A stretch of DNA of 63,287 bases, filler included, from Octopus bimaculoides (Eukaryota): NCBI RefSeq assembly GCF_001194135.2. It is 6 parts of 6 records of this genome, joined end to end, with 100 filler letters (N's around TTAATTAATTAA, not from the genome) between each part and the next. Parts side by side here need not be neighbours in the genome. Positions count along the whole stretch, not along the records: positions 1 to 3,361 come from NW_026407326.1; positions 3,462 to 7,752 come from NW_026326898.1; positions 7,853 to 33,001 come from NC_068983.1; 3 more parts are not named here. One strand, given 5' to 3'. A program made the translations under genes and the position numbers. This document shows positions 1-13,744 of the stretch, in pieces; position 1 is the first letter of the stretch, and the number at the start of each line of letters is the position of its first letter. A model generated the notes under the pieces. The model had not been told where the DNA came from and did not search any database. It was given only the letters and a program-made list of their open reading frames with translations.

Positions 1-326
1 ATATATATAAGTAGGTAAATGAATATGTAAGTAAACAGATAGATATGTAGATAGATAGGTACATAGGTAATACGGACAAACACACACACATACACACATA
101 CATACTCAAAAGAGAACTGAAACACATGACCATATACACACATGCACACACACGAAGGTACAGAGGCACACACACAACTACACACAGACAGACAAACACA
201 CAAACATGAACACACAAACACATGAATATGCAGAATACATACATAGAAACGTAGGCACGCGCATACATACAGGTATGTATACACAAACACGCACACATAC
301 CAACATACATACACAAATACTTGCAT

Positions 327-384
<58 letters not shown>

Positions 385-430
385 ATACACATGCACACTG
401 ATACTCACACATGCGCACAAACAAACAAAA
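1..430. repeat. CA/TA-rich low-complexity microsatellite tract
   Basis: Degenerate (CA)n and (TA)n runs; the overlapping ORFs are HT/YI/CV dipeptide artefacts. Confidence 0.9.
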
Positions 431-1162
431 AGAACTCAACTCGGATGACGGATAGACTCAACGAATATCGAAAAGGTTGAAAGAAGCAAAGAAAATTTCA
501 GATAAAAACAGAAATAAATGAGTGGAAATCGTACCGGTGAGTGTGTTAATTAATATGGCATTAAAANNNNNNNNNNNNNNNNNNNNNNNNNNNNNNNNNN
601 NNNNNNNNNNNNNNNNNNNNNNNNNNNNNNNNNNNNNNNNNNNNNNNNNNNNNNNNNNNNNNNNNNNNNNNNNNNNNNNNNNNNNNNNNNNNNNNNNNNN
701 NNNNNNNNNNNNNNNNNNNNNNNNNNNNNNNNNNNNNNNNNNNNNNNNNNNNNNNNNNNNNNNNNNNNNNNNNNNNNNNNNNNNNNNNNNNNNNNNNNNN
801 NNNNNNNNNNNNNNNNNNNNNNNNNNNNNNNNNNNNNNNNNNNNNNNNNNNNNNNNNNNNNNNNNNNNNNNNNNNNNNNNNNNNNNNNNNNNNNNNNNNN
901 NNNNNNNNNNNNNNNNNNNNNNNNNNNNNNNNNNNNNNNNNNNNNNNNNNNNNNNNNNNNNNNNNNNNNNNNNNNNNNNNNNNNNNNNNNNNNNNNNNNN
1001 NNNNNNNNNNNNNNNNNNNNNNNNNNNNNNNNNNNNNNNNNNNNNNNNNNNNNNNNNNNNNNNNNNNNNNNNNNNNNNNNNNNNNNNNNNNNNNNNNNNN
1101 NNNNNNNNNNNNNNNNNNNNNNNNNNNNNNNNNNNNNNNNNNNNNNNNNNNNNNNNNNNNNN

Positions 1163-1206
<44 letters not shown>

Positions 1207-1652
1207 GTATATATATATGTATGTATATCCATTTCCGTCACCTGAACTAAAATGAAAAGCGAGAAACGGTAAGTGTCAAGATAAAAGCAGCGTTTTAGAA
1301 TTAATACGTATGTGCATATCTGCATATGCATGTTATGCATGTTATGCATGTATGTATATGCACGTGCGCGTTTTGCGTGCTTCTCTACATCTACTTGTGA
1401 GCAGCGTCTGCGTGTCTTTCCGTCTGTCTGTCCGTCTGTCTGTCTGTAAGGTCTTAAGTATCATTAGACATCTCAGTCCAGTACTTTAAAAAAGCTACGT
1501 GAAACTCAATATGTCATCCATTATTCTGACAGTATAAGAGGAACGAGAGCACACAACACCATATTATGTTATTACAAACTGCCACCTCCCCACGTCATTC
1601 CTACATCAATCTCTCTCACACATACAGCGTTTCCGTTGTTTCTCTCTCTCTG

Positions 1653-1698
<46 letters not shown>

Positions 1699-2102
1699 GN
1701 NNNNNNNNNCTATTTTCGCTTGTTTTTTTTCTTTCTTCTTTCTCCTTATATCTTTTCCTGTTGTCTCTTTGTTCCATGTAGTCAACTTGTATTTAACAAA
1801 TTTTCCTATTTTCAGAAAAAGTAAAGGATGCAGAGAATACATATCATATCCCCTCCTATACATCTCATCAATATATGCATATATATTGATGTATGTATAC
1901 GTGTTAATGCATATATATATTCATGTGTATGTATATATATATATGTATATTTGAAATATATATATATATATGTAAGCATATATATATATGTACACACACA
2001 NNNNNNNNNNNNNNNNNNNNNNNNNNNNNNNNNNNNNNNNNNNNNNNNNNNNNNNNNNNNNNNNNNNNNNNNNNNNNNNNNNNNNNNNNNNNNNNNNNNN
2101 NN

Positions 2103-2234
2103 TGCTTACCAAACACATGGTTCCAGGTTCAGTCCTTCTGCGTGGCACCTTAGGCAAGTGTCTTCTACTATAGCCTCTGGCCGACCAAAGCTTTGTGAAT
2201 GGATTTGGTAGACCGAGAATGAAAGAAACCTGTC

Positions 2235-2275
<41 letters not shown>

Positions 2276-2362
2276 TGTGTGTGCGTGTTTACGTCGATTC
2301 ATTCAGCTAAAAACGATCCTTCAAGGCGCTGCCCCAGCATGGCCGCAGTCTAATAAATAAAG
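2103..2362 (+). mobile_element. tRNA-derived SINE with internal microsatellite (family B), partial copy
   Basis: Body ccaaacacatggttccaggttcagtcc...ggcaagtgtcttctactatagcc, then (TA)n, then tail ccagcatggccgcagtc; matches the copies at 21584, 27450 and 32840. Confidence 0.8.
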
Positions 2363-2611
2363 GAAGTAGAAGATGAAAGATATTTATGTTTACAGATATA
2401 TATTTATTTATTTACATCTAGAAGGAACAAGAGAGTGACTCAAAGGGCCGAGTGTTTCGAGAGCCGGCACTTAACACAGGAAACTCATGGCCCTTGCGTC
2501 ACTCGCTTGCTTCGGTTAAATATCAATACTATACACTCTTCTATATCTTTCAGCCCAAAGGCTGTGGCCATCCTGGAGCACCGCCAGTGTCTTCACCTTT
2601 TCAGTGACCAT

Positions 2612-2990
2612 TCTTATACTATTAGTTTTTGATGAAGGAGGGAGTTCGACACAGCCGCCCTTTTCTGAGTTTCTTGCCGTGATACAAGTTCATCTGGGAC
2701 CTTGGACAGCTGGAAGCCTAATTGATTCTTGAAAACATCCATCATTACTCTATGAAGATCCCTCAGGCGATTGAATCGCAGGCTACTGCAGCACATGGTC
2801 CTCACTCTAGACAGCTTAACTGTGAGATTTGGAACAGCGCAGTGACGTCCAGCTCGGGGCTTATTATAGCATGATACCAAAGTTTAGTGCCAACCCGTCC
2901 AAGATCTTCTATGCGTATATCACCGCATACCTCTCCTGTCTTCACTGCAGGAAGAAGAGGTGTAGTTCTACCAGTCTCCCCCAGTAGCCC
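2612..2990 (-). mobile_element. CR1/L2-group LINE, 3' end of ORF2 (degenerate)
   Basis: Minus translation ...LRFNRLRDLHRVMMDVFKNQLGFQLSKVPDELVSRQETQKRAAVSNSLLHQ resembles the FNxLP...FKxxLDxxLxxVPD...RAAxSNSL C-terminus of CR1/L2-group elements. Confidence 0.6.
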
Positions 2991-3405
2991 AGACGTTTCA
3001 TTGGAATGCCATAAGATCTGCTATTTATCTGACGCTGTTTCATAATTATATTAGTTACATAATAGATATTACATCACCCATCACACATACATGTAACATA
3101 CATATAAATACACATACAGACTTATATATGTGTGTGCGTGAGTGTGTGTGCGTGCGTGTGTGTGCGTGCGCGCGTGCAGGTGTGTGTTTGTGTGCAGGTG
3201 CTATTGTCACTATATACCAGTCCGTCTACACGGCCTTGGTCCAAAATCTGTAAATATTTTTTACAATGTGTTATTCTGTTTCTTAATGATGGTCTGCTTA
3301 GTAGTAATTGACGTCCGTCTTCTTCTTCTTCTTCTTCTTCTTCTTCTTCTTCTTCTTCTTCNNNNNNNNNNNNNNNNNNNNNNNNNNNNNNNNNNNNNNN
3401 NNNNN

Positions 3406-3417
3406 TTAATTAATTAA
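3406..3417. other. Artificial scaffold linker TTAATTAATTAA (44N-12-44N)
   Basis: Centred in a 100-bp gap; carries stops in all six frames; same layout occurs five times. Confidence 0.95.
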
Positions 3418-4821
3418 NNNNNNNNNNNNNNNNNNNNNNNNNNNNNNNNNNNNNNNNNNNNAAGATAAAAAATGAAAGTTGTCAATATATAAGGTATTCT
3501 GTCTAAACTACGTCTTAAAGATACGATTTGTTAGTAGTAACGCAAACAGGAAACTATTTCTTAAGGAACTCAAGCAGATAGAGAGGAATAAAGACAAAAG
3601 GAAAGTAAAGATTTAATGAAAAGGTGAATCAAGATGGAGTTGAAAAAAAAGGCACTTACCCAGGCAGTGGTCAAGCAAATAATGGTATGGAGTATTAAAT
3701 GGTCGTTTTGTATTGAAAGAATTTTGAAGGGGTTTTATTTTCAGACTGGGGTCAAACAGTCGAATCCCTTCAACCATGTCTTTAGCAACACCAATTACAA
3801 AGAACTTGGAAGTGGTACTAAAAGATGCAGAGAAGTATTGACAGACAGAAACTAGGTGGGAAGTATCTTCAAGAATTCAAGTAAAGCTATACATTCAAAA
3901 TTAACCATACATGCTGGTTTTGTTGTTGTTATTGTTGCTGCTACTGTTGTTATTGTCACTTAATTTTTGGTATTTTGACGCTATTTGCCTTCAGAAGTTA
4001 GTGGTTCTAAACTCCCTAGGGAATTTTATGCCAGCTTCATTACTTTTATTTATTTATATGTTTATTTTTTTTCTTTGTTTTGAAACGAGGTCGAACTTAA
4101 GCATTTTATACCGATAGATTTTAAACACTTTTTTTCTGCAACTGGTAAGATTATGTAGGGGATGCAAATTTTGATCTTGCAACCCCTGAAAATTCTAGGG
4201 GGTGTGAGNNNNNNNNNNNNNNNNNNNNNNNNNNNNNNNNNNNNNNNNNNNNNNNNNNNNNNNNNNNNNNNNNNNNNNNNNNNNNNNNNNNNNNNNNNNN
4301 NNNNNNNNNNNNNNNNNNNNNNNNNNNNNNNNNNNNNNNNNNNNNNNNNNNNNNNNNNNNNNNNNNNNNNNNNNNNNNNNNNNNNNNNNNNNNNNNNNNN
4401 NNNNNNNNNNNNNNNNNNNNNNNNNNNNNNNNNNNNNNNNNNNNNNNNNNNNNNNNNNNNNNNNNNNNNNNNNNNNNNNNNNNNNNNNNNNNNNNNNNNN
4501 NNNNNNNNNNNNNNNNNNNNNNNNNNNNNNNNNNNNNNNNNNNNNNNNNNNNNNNNNNNNNNNNNNNNNNNNNNNNNNNNNNNNNNNNNNNNNNNNNNNN
4601 NNNNNNNNNNNNNNNNNNNNNNNNNNNNNNNNNNNNNNNNNNNNNNNNNNNNNNNNNNNNNNNNNNNNNNNNNNNNNNNNNNNNNNNNNNNNNNNNNNNN
4701 NNNNNNNNNNNNNNNNNNNNNNNNNNNNNNNNNNNNNNNNNNNNNNNNNNNNNNNNNNNNNNNNNNNNNNNNNNNNNNNNNNNNNNNNNNNNNNNNNNNN
4801 NNNNNNNNNNNNNNNNNNNNN

Positions 4822-7582
4822 AGAAAGGAAAAGAAAAACGATCAAAAGAGTTTGGGGCGTGTAAACAGCAAAATAAAGTGGAGTAAAAATGTATAATAGA
4901 TTAAGTTTAACTGTGGAAAGAGGAGTCTGCGAAAAAGACCACGGTGACCTCAGGCAAGGTAACAAACACATCAGAGCAAAGCACTCTCTCTATCTCTCTT
5001 GAATTTACAGAATCGTGCTCAAAGGGATTTCGTCATTCACGTGTACCATCTTTGCTACGTTCACCAACCTTCTATTGAAACTTTTATGAGACAAAACTTG
5101 CTTCTCTATTCTCACCTTCCTTTTCAAATGATACTTGAAAAAGTTGATGAGCGATTGGCCAGAGAGGAAAGTGTTTGTCTCTAAACCTTTCGTACGAGTC
5201 CACCACACACATTCACCATAGCCATCAGCACAATGAAAACTGCCTTGCCTTCCCGGTTAAAGGAAATTGGTGGGGCAATATTCACGATAGAATCAGCCGA
5301 TAACTGAATACGTCACACACATAACAGCAGCCGTTCGACCTAAGCCTGTAGGTTTGAAATGGCTGGACACTGCATGAGTGCGTGTAGAATGGTTCCGTGG
5401 ATCTGACCGCATCTTGAGCAAGTCGGTCCTGTGTTTCTCGAACCGTGCCCGCAGAGCTTATCTCGAACAGGCAATGCTTCTCGATAACACTGCCAGGCTA
5501 GGGATCTCTGGTCCTTGCTTGAAAGTCGTCCTGAAAGAGGCGGTTCAGATGGTCCTCGTCGATGCCAAGATTGTCCCCAAGAACGTCGTCGCACCTACGC
5601 TCCACAAATTCTCTAAAGAACACCTTTGTGGAATTGAAGTCGCACAAGTTTGGTCCCGGATGGCAGAGTTGCTTGAGGGCAAGGTGGCACTCCCTGCAAG
5701 CCCACTGACTTTTCCGGGTTAATTTTCACTCCCATTACCTCTTCGTATTCTTTTATTGTCTTGTCCAACAGGTCGATATGCCCGTGGCTCGACACTGTGA
5801 AGGTGAGGTCATCTGCGTATGCAGATATGCTCCTCTCACATCTAGGGATACCCCTCAGCATCACTAGCTTCTGCAGTAGGGGTTCAAAGTCAATACATAC
5901 AGAAGCGACAAGAGGGGGCATCTGTGACGGACCGAACGCCTGATGTTAAATGGTTTAGATAGATGACCATTGACGCGAACTACCGAGCGGATGCCACTGT
6001 ATAAGGCAGCAATCCAACCGCAGAAGATGGGACCGAAACCAGTGTCCTAAGGACAGCCTCCAACGATGGTCGACCTTTTCGAAAGCTTTCGATTGATTCA
6101 AACTGATCGGTGCCCCCAACCATGCACGATTCCTTAACTACCCTGTCTATGATGTAGTGCATCAGATGGAAGTTGTCATGGATACTCCTGCCCGGCACAG
6201 CGCATGTTTGCGTCTCAACGATAAGCACCAACCTCTCGGCTAGAACCTTGGCCAAAATTTTCAAATCTGCGTTGAGCAGAGTGATGGGCTGAAAATGATC
6301 TATAACACTCTTCNNNNNNNNNNNNNNNNNNNNNNNNNNNNNNNNNNNNNNNNNNNNNNNNNNNNNNNNNNNNNNNNNNNNNNNNNNNNNNNNNNNNNNN
6401 NNNNNNNNNNNNNNNNNNNNNNNNNNNNNNNNNNNNNNNNNNNNNNNNNNNNNNNNNNNNNNNNNNNNNNNNNNNNNNNNNNNNNNNNNNNNNNNNNNNN
6501 NNNNNNNNNNNNNNNNNNNNNNNNNNNNNNNNNNNNNNNNNNNNNNNNNNNNNNNNNNNNNNNNNNNNNNNNNNNNNNNNNNNNNNNNNNNNNNNNNNNN
6601 NNNNNNNNNNNNNNNNNNAGTTGTCTCGAACAGTCGGGCAAATTACTGTTGAAAGGCCTCACACATCCTTTCGGGCTCGAGTACAATTCGCGCCCCTGTT
6701 CATCTGTCAGACACCGAATGGTGGCTTTGTTGCCTTGTTGCGCCTCTGCCACTTGGACTTCTCAGGTGGCTCCAACTCCTTCGTTTCTCAGAGCATGCAT
6801 CCTAGCTCTGACAACATATCCTTCGTGTTTGGCGTTGAAATGTTGGTCAAGGGCCAACCTCACTGCCAACACATTGGACATGATGTCACATGTATGTGCC
6901 TCTTCTAATTTCTTAACTAGGTCTCCCTCTATTCTATTTCGATCTATCACTAGAGCCTTTTTATACCTAACCGATTCTATTTTAATTGCTTTCTTTAGGG
7001 CATACCACCATCTATTGTTGATGCTGGTGCCCGTCAACGCCCTCTTAACTAGTGTGCTAATCAGGTCTCTGTAAGCCTGGCACGCCGTGAATAACGCATC
7101 TAGTTTCCAGTAACTGGGACCCTACCTATGACTCTTATCTAAGTCAAGCATACAAGTCACAAATTTGTGACCTGTGTAGCTGACTATATGAAACTGTGGA
7201 CAACCTACACTATCCCTATCCACTGTCCTATAGAACACTATCTAAATACGATCAGGATGGCCCGATGCGGTTGGTCCATGTCGACTTTGATACATTCAGG
7301 TGGTCCAGTCGGTACCTATCAGACAGTTGGAAATGTCTGAGTGGGCCTTTGAAGCATTTACATCCCCTTCTATTTCTATCTCTACCCACGTAGTCTAGTT
7401 GCATGTCCATGGTAGCGTTCCAATCCCCCATTGAAAGTAAAGGTCGAGACATTCCCAGGAAAACCTCTAGACGTCGAAAGAAATCCAGCTGACCTGTTAA
7501 GGACGGTGCATAAATTGTTATCGGTCGAAAAGCACACCCATTACTACCGTTGACATCCAAAACGACCAGCCTACCCTCCGGT
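4822..7582 (-). mobile_element. Tx1/L1-clade LINE: 5'-truncated degenerate ORF2 (APE endonuclease, RT, CCHC) plus 3' UTR
   Basis: Minus-strand motifs: IYAP and MGDWNA (endonuclease), YWKLDA and WWYALKKAIK (linker), KILAKVLAERL (RT), ISAYADDLT (catalytic), CSRCGQ...HALMQC (zinc knuckle). Frameshifted; internal gap 6314-6618. Confidence 0.9.
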
Positions 7583-7752
7583 AGGTTAACTAGGAAGTTA
7601 GTTTTTGTATGTGGCAGATGTTCAGGTGCAATAAACACTGTAAACAAACAGGAAACAACTTCTATCTCATTCCAGGGAGAAAAACTAGAGGTAGTCGATA
7701 GCTTCCGCTATCTGGGTCACCAAGTTAGTAGTGGGGGTGGGTGCGCTGAAAG
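7578..7752 (+). mobile_element. RTE-clade LINE fragment (end of Cys-rich insert and LEVVDSFRYLG RT motif)
   Basis: GRLTRKLVFVCGRCSGAINT...LEVVDSFRYLGHQVSSGGGC, homologous to 62640-62810. Confidence 0.8.
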
Positions 7753-7796
7753 NNNNNNNNNNNNNNNNNNNNNNNNNNNNNNNNNNNNNNNNNNNN

Positions 7797-7808
7797 TTAA
7801 TTAATTAA
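7797..7808. other. Artificial scaffold linker TTAATTAATTAA
   Basis: 44N-12-44N layout. Confidence 0.95.
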
Positions 7809-7852
7809 NNNNNNNNNNNNNNNNNNNNNNNNNNNNNNNNNNNNNNNNNNNN

Positions 7853-7903
<51 letters not shown>

Positions 7904-7906
7904 ATT

Positions 7907-7937
<31 letters not shown>

Positions 7938-8419
7938 AACACAAAACACACTCAAACATGAACGCAACAAATTACTAGAAGACATTTATTTATTTACTAA
8001 CTTTTTTACTTATTTATTTATTTTTTTATTCATTTATCCGACGTTTCCTGTAAACTGCCAGTTTCTGAGAAACCGAACAATGCAGTCATATAAAAAGCAA
8101 TATGGAAGTTCTCTTAATTCACAACAAACGCTCTAAGCTTCTCTATGAGTGCTTTTTCTGCTGTCTGGTATTATTAGTTGCTCAATGGAAACAGCCATCA
8201 CTTTATAATTACGTCAGTTTCTGAAAATAGCAATCTATGAAACTGCGTTCCATTTATAAGCAACCCGAATAACGTGGTCAGATGATAAACAAGATGGCGT
8301 CTGTAGGTCAAGTTGTGCTCTGTACAAACATTATACTGCCAACTGTCTGATTTTAAAAACGACTTCTTAGATTGCGCCCGTCTTCTTTCGTCGTCTTTCG
8401 TGTTTATAGCACTTAGGTG

Positions 8420-8490
8420 TCTGTTCGTGTGTGTTCGCCTGTGTGTATGTATGCGTGGGTGTGCGCTTGTATGTACGTATATTTACGCAC

Positions 8491-8521
<31 letters not shown>

Positions 8522-8851
8522 CGTGTGTGTGTTTATGTATATATACATATATATTTATATGTATATGTATATGCCCATTTCTCTCTATATATACATATAT
8601 ATATGTATGTATATATGCATATATATTTATATTATATACAAACATAATACATACATACATATATACAAACACACACACATATGCATGCTTGTACGCTGAA
8701 AAACTATAAATATATATATGTATATATATTTACTTACATGAATGTATGTATATATATATATATGTGTGTGTATGTGTATCTGTGTGTGTTTGAGAGTGTG
8801 TGGAAGTGTGTTTGTGAATATATAAGTTGTGTGCGTTTGTGTTCCCTCCAG

Positions 8852-8886
<35 letters not shown>

Positions 8887-9129
8887 NNNNNNNNNNNNNN
8901 NNNNNNNNNNNNNNNNNNNNNNNNNNNNNNNNNNNNNNNNNNNNNNNNNNNNNNNNNNNNNNNNNNNNNNNNNNNNNNNNNNNNNNNNNNNNNNNNNNNN
9001 NNNNNNNNNNNNNNNNNNNNNNNNNNNNNNNNNNNNNNNNNNNNNNNNNNNNNNNNNNNNNNNNNNNNNNNNNNNNNNNNNNNNNNNNNNNNNNNNNNNN
9101 NNNNNNNNNNNNNNNNNNNNNNNNNNNNN

Positions 9130-9191
<62 letters not shown>

Positions 9192-9482
9192 TAACATGTA
9201 TTTCGTAGCTGCATCTGGTTTTCAAGAACACGACATGTTTCAATGATGGATTTACGGAGACACACCCGCATTTATAAATTAAACGTTTATTTGATAAAGC
9301 ACATACAAGGCGGCATGTAACGAGTGTGTGAATGTGTGAATGTGTGAATCTGCGTATGCGAGTATGTGCATCTGTTAGTGAGAGTGTGTGTACTCTAAAC
9401 CTCTATGTATATGTTCATAAGCAATATGTATAAGTGTGTGTATGTATGTATGTGTGTGTGTACCTGTGTGTAATGTTGTGTG

Positions 9483-9527
<45 letters not shown>

Positions 9528-9794
9528 TATAGACAGATGTACTATTAATATACAGATTATTCTTATATCTATGCGTGTGTGTATGTGTATATATATATAT
9601 ATATATAAACTTATAAATATGTCAGTCTCTAAATATTCATATATGATGTATATATACTTATGCATAATGTATACACTTATGTTTATATACACACTCACAC
9701 ACATATATATACGTTTATATATATAGATGTGCGTGTACACATATATGTATGTAATGTAGTGTGTATACATACATGCATACATACATACGTATAA

Positions 9795-9832
<38 letters not shown>

Positions 9833-10526
9833 ATATATGTATGTATATATAAATATACGATATATAATCGTATATAGTTCTTATATCTGTGAGTGTATGT
9901 CTCCTAATTACATAGCATTCATTCTACTTAAATCAAGCATACAACCACAAAGATGTCTTATATGCGACCATGGTTTCATTTTCACTCAATGGAAGTTATA
10001 AAGCGAAGGGTAACGGGTTCAAATTTCAAAGGTTCGTCCAATTCCTATTGTAATTAAATTGACAGCTCATTAACTGATGCCGTGAAACGTTCCATAAATC
10101 TATCCTTACTAACTGTTATTTTTTTTTTGTCTTTTTTGTTGTTGTTGTCTTTTTTTGTTGTTTTTTTTGCATGTATCACACGATACCGAGAGAGCATGAT
10201 GGCCTCCAAATATCACTGTCGAGTGTTATGACCGAGCAGATATTCTGACATTAAGGATTGCATTGTGATAAACGAATGAGATAAGAAACAAAAGACGAGC
10301 GTTCGCACATATGCGTACACGGGCGCGCACATGCACACACAAAACACAAGCACACATACGCATACAAACATATAGGCGCATATGCAAACACGTACGCATA
10401 TATGTACCAGCAGATATACATACATGCACATGCACACACATCCACACATATACATAAACATACATATATATACACATATTTATACTCAGACTCACACCCA
10501 CACATACATAGATACATAATTATATA
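8420..10526. repeat. Region dominated by TG/TA/CA low-complexity tracts, with short unique islands and one gap
   Basis: Dinucleotide runs seen directly. Confidence 0.8.
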
Positions 10527-12715
10527 NNNNNNNNNNNNNNNNNNNNNNNNNNNNNNNNNNNNNNNNNNNNNNNNNNNNNNNNNNNNNNNNNNNNNNNNNN
10601 NNNNNNNNNNNNNNNNNNNNNNNNNNNNNNNNNNNNNNNNNNNNNNNNNNNNNNNNNNNNNNNNNNNNNNNNNNNNNNNNNNNNNNNNNNNNNNNNNNNN
10701 NNNNNNNNNNNNNNNNNNNNNNNNNNNNNNNNNNNNNNNNNNNNNNNNNNNNNNNNNNNNNNNNNNNNNNNNNNNNNNNNNNNNNNNNNNNNNNNNNNNN
10801 NNNNNNNNNNNNNNNNNNNNNNNNNNNNNNNNNNNNNNNNNNNNNNNNNNNNNNNNNNNNNNNNNNNNNNNNNNNNNNNNNNNNNNNNNNNNNNNNNNNN
10901 NNNNNNNNNNNNNNNNNNNNNNNNNNNNNNNNNNNNNNNNNNNNNNNNNNNNNNNNNNNNNNNNNNNNNNNNNNNNNNNNNNNNNNNNNNNNNNNNNNNN
11001 NNNNNNNNNNNNNNNNNNNNNNNNNNNNNNNNNNNNNNNNNNNNNNNNNNNNNNNNNNNNNNNNNNNNNNNNNNNNNNNNNNNNNNNNNNNNNNNNNNNN
11101 NNNNNNNNNNNNNNNNNNNNNNNNNNNNNNNNNNNNNNNNNNNNNNNNNNNNNNNNNNNNNNNNNNNNNNNNNNNNNNNNNNNNNNNNNNNNNNNNNNNN
11201 NNNNNNNNNNNNNNNNNNNNNNNNNNNNNNNNNNNNNNNNNNNNNNNNNNNNNNNNTATATATATATATATATATGGAAATAAGCAGAAATTAGGTGTAG
11301 TATTCAAAGCTTTATAGTACATACGCGCATTTCTTTAGAATGCCGAAATGATTACATAAATAAGGACAGTATGCAATCATGCATTCACTTCATCAGTCTC
11401 ATAAATACAACATCCGACGTTGGATTTCCAAATATATACAGATATAGTATTTGTATGCTGTCAACTTAATGTGACAGTCCCCTGAAGGGAATGATACTAC
11501 TGTTGGTTAGACCTAGGAAGCTGCACCGCTTCCTGCCGGCCTTAACACATTTCTTGTGTCCTTATCACTACTGCATAAATCTCTCTGAGAGATTTAGAAA
11601 TGTATTATTTCTAAATATACATATATATCACAAAAATTGTGGTGAGTTTCAGATGTTACATGGATCATCTTAAACACACTCATTTATTTTAATAATGTTA
11701 ACAAATGTTGAATCGATGTTTGACAGTTTAAGAGAGTAATATCCTATGATAGGCAGCTACAATCTCAATAATGAAGTTTGAGCTAATGTCCACTTGCAAA
11801 CAGCGTATGAAGTTTTTGTTACCTTTTTCTTCTTTCGGGCAATAAACGAAGTACTGGTGATATCTTGTCTTTTACTTCAATAATTTCGAAAAAATACATT
11901 TAAGATTGAACTAACCAAATTTATGGTTGGATGTGTGAAACCATTGTAGAGATTTATGAAACAAGGCCTCAAATGGTATTTATTACAAGGAAATTTAACA
12001 CCACCTGACATATATATATATGGGGGGGGGGGCACTTGCGAAGTTTCGTGAGTGCTACTGGTAACATGGAATCCAGAACAACTAGCTGCATGGTCGGGTG
12101 GTCGGTGATTAAGCCAGTATCATCACTAGGCTTGCCTGGTAAGGAGGAGTGCTAGAAACAAGACTTGTCAACAGACGAATAAACCTAGTGTAGGCTCTTA
12201 CAAAAGCACTGGCCCACAGAAATTCGGAGTTGGTATCGATGTACTGGAAGACCACTGGCAGTGAGACATCGCTAAGGTTTTGTAAAAGTACGTCTCTAGG
12301 AGAAGGTCACTCTGATATGAAATCAGATACACAAAGAATGGCTTTGGACATTTTGAGGATCTTTTGATTGCATTTAAGATCATGGTGCTTCCACATTCCT
12401 GATTCTGCGACTCACATCTGCACTGGATATCTTACAGCGGCTTGTCTCTAGATCATCCCAGTTGGGTGGAGAGGGTATGTGAGGTGTTATGCAAGTCTTA
12501 TAGGACCTAAAGCTTCAGGTTGTGCCATCACCGGCGGGGTGACTATCCGATGCCTGGTAGAGTAGGAAAGCGCCGCGGCGATCATGGGAGCCGCGGGTTC
12601 GAATTGGGGCGAAACCGACTGCTGGTGCAATAACATCGTGCCCGGGCCTTGCTGGCCTTTTGCATGGACAATGGTCAGTGTTGGTCTGTCTGGGTCACGA
12701 CTGCACAGCCATCAC

Positions 12716-12863
12716 GTATACATACATACGTACATACATACATACATACGTACATACATACAAAAACATATTTATGTCAAAAATACTTAAATGCTCCATT
12801 TTCATTTTTTTTTAGTTTTTCTTTTTTGCAATTTCATTATAAAACGAAGATTAAATTGATAAA

Positions 12864-12919
<56 letters not shown>

Positions 12920-13330
12920 TCTGTGTGTGTGTGTGTGTGTTTGTGTGTACGTATGCTTATATACACATATAGGTATGAATGTGTATGTGTGTATGTATAT
13001 ATATGCGCGTGTATGTGTGTGTGATTTTGTGTGTGTTTGTGTGTGTGTATGTGTATGTGCTTGTGTGTGTTAATGTGTGTGTATGTATGTGTGTTGTGTG
13101 TGTGTCTGCTTGTGTTTGCGTGTATGTGTGTGTATATGTGAATTTTAGTGTTTATGTGTGTGTTTGTGTGTTTGTGTGTTTGTGTGTATGTTGTGTGTAT
13201 GTTGTGTGTGTGTGTACCTACGCTTATATACATATATAGGTATGAATGTGTGTATGTATATATGTGTGTGTTAGTATATGTGCGTGTGTGTGTATGTGTT
13301 TTGTGTGTGCGTTTGTGTGTGTGTGTACTC
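12716..13330. repeat. (TACA)n/(CA)n/(TG)n compound low-complexity tract
   Basis: Seen directly. Confidence 0.85.
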
Positions 13331-13744
13331 ATCATTAGTGTTGTATACACAGAGAGATTCCTCGGCCACACAACAGTGTTATGTAAGTGTATCTCCTGGC
13401 AAAGTAAGTTATCAAACAACAGTGAAATTGTTTCTCTCCATGTTGACACAACTAAGACAAGCTGTTCCTTCTATTCAACTATCTCCCTCCTCATTCAGCA
13501 CAACACAACTCGAGATACCACCCTTCCTTTCATTTTACCACCTCCTACGACATGTGGGTTTTTTTCTCTTTTTTTAAATTTGGTATTTTCATTTTGAACC
13601 TTTTTTTTTTTTAATTGGGTGAAAGCAGACGAAGAAATTTGCTTAAAAAAACTGTGGGATATAGGAGAAAGGGGGAAAGAGAAAGAATGCAGGGACGCAT
13701 GCGCATTTGAGTTACTATATGTATGCATGTATGTCAATGTGTGT

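Noticed and set aside
3462-3900. Possible ancient R4-like coding remnant
   Set aside because: Only scattered 3-5 residue matches across frameshifts; too weak to call.
8295-8345. CAAGATGGCG start or YY1-like motif
   Set aside because: The frame closes after 18 codons and there is no other promoter evidence.
11325-11400. Minus-strand CTGATGA...hairpin...GAAA motif
   Set aside because: Stem I and stem III do not pair, so it cannot be supported as a hammerhead.
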